Of a stretch of DNA of 38,253 nucleotides, positions 37,732 to 38,253 are shown piece by piece. The stretch lies in NCBI GenBank assembly GCA_963663805.2, contig CAXXMR010000029.1:1-38253 (forward strand). Direction: 5' to 3'. The stretch's first letter is position 1; each line of letters opens with the position of its first letter. The translations under genes and the position numbers were made by a program. Under the pieces are notes generated by a model. It was not told where the DNA came from, ran no database searches, and was given only the letters and a program-made list of their open reading frames with translations. Source of the stretch: Sedimentisphaerales bacterium (GTDB taxonomy: Bacteria; Planctomycetota; Phycisphaerae; Sedimentisphaerales; SM23-30).

Positions 37732-38253
37732 TTATCTCTCCAGCGGCATCAATGATATCGGATATTTAGACTTGGATGTATACTGAATTACAAGATCATC
37801 GTAAGCAACTCTCTCAACTCGTCCATCATCATAACCGGCATTTACACCAGGTCCTTCCAACGGTATTACGCCACTACTTATCCACTGCTTATCAACGGAT
37901 TCATAAAACAAAGAATTCCCACTTTTCTTGCCACCCTTGTAAGGGTGCGTTGTCTGCCATACATTATGTTTCATTGCCCCCTCATCATTCCAGATAATCA
38001 TATCTGAAACCATCAGATGAAATCTTGAGCTTGCACCGGGACCAAGAAATCTGTTTTCATTACTCGGAGAGTTAAAGCCATGATAATTCCAAAACATAAA
38101 ATAAGAAGCGCCCACCCAATCACGATTACCAGTTTTATAGATATCCTGATAATCTACATAAACCTTATTAACCGTATCATAGCAGGTCTTTTGATTATCA
38201 TTATAATTGGCCAGCGGACAATTATAGACACTGGCATCTGGCAGGTAGTCATA
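37732..38253 (-). CDS. C-terminal part of a prepilin-type/DUF1559-like protein with an H-X9-DG-type ending; 5' end is outside the window
   Basis: Frame is open to the window edge: YDYLPDASVYNCP...LMVSD...THPY...GVNAGYDDGRVE. Confidence 0.7.
   Translation of the reverse strand, partial: YDYLPDASVYNCPLANYNDNQKTCYDTVNKVYVDYQDIYKTGNRDWVGASYFMFWNYHGFNSPSNENRFLGPGASSRFHLMVSDMIIWNDEGAMKHNVWQTTHPYKGGKKSGNSLFYESVDKQWISSGVIPLEGPGVNAGYDDGRVERVAYDDLVIQYTSKSKYPISLMPLER

Overview
Bacterial chromosomal window, most likely from a planctomycete of the class Phycisphaerae. This is inferred from a PEP-CTERM protein, a DUF1559/H-X9-DG-type protein, BNR sialidases and cheX/fapA. From left to right it holds: (i) a minus-strand glycan-type unit (PEP-CTERM protein, LacI repressor, secreted DNRLRE/CBM96-like protein) with a promoter and LacI-type operator; (ii) an accessory patch with a decayed RHS core fragment, a complete IS110-family (IS1111-type) element, an orphan copy of that element's left end and several small structured repeats; (iii) phoB/phoR; (iv) cheX-cheY-fapA; (v) an Opp/Dpp ABC cluster plus a second permease pair, a poly-G lipoprotein, cobO and sirC; (vi) an MBL hydrolase, (AAGT)31, a CBM9-like protein, a NarX/NarL-type pair, an MCP, Mrp and tRNA-Ser(GGA); (vii) a sialidase/SSS-transporter/double-FAH cluster. 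The best signal is the IS element's ~380-nt 3' non-coding end, which carries short segments matching both its insertion target and its own circle junction, i.e. a readable bridge/seek RNA. Several single-base frameshifts, mostly in or near homopolymers, may be sequencing errors. All assignments come from motif recognition by eye; no searches were run.
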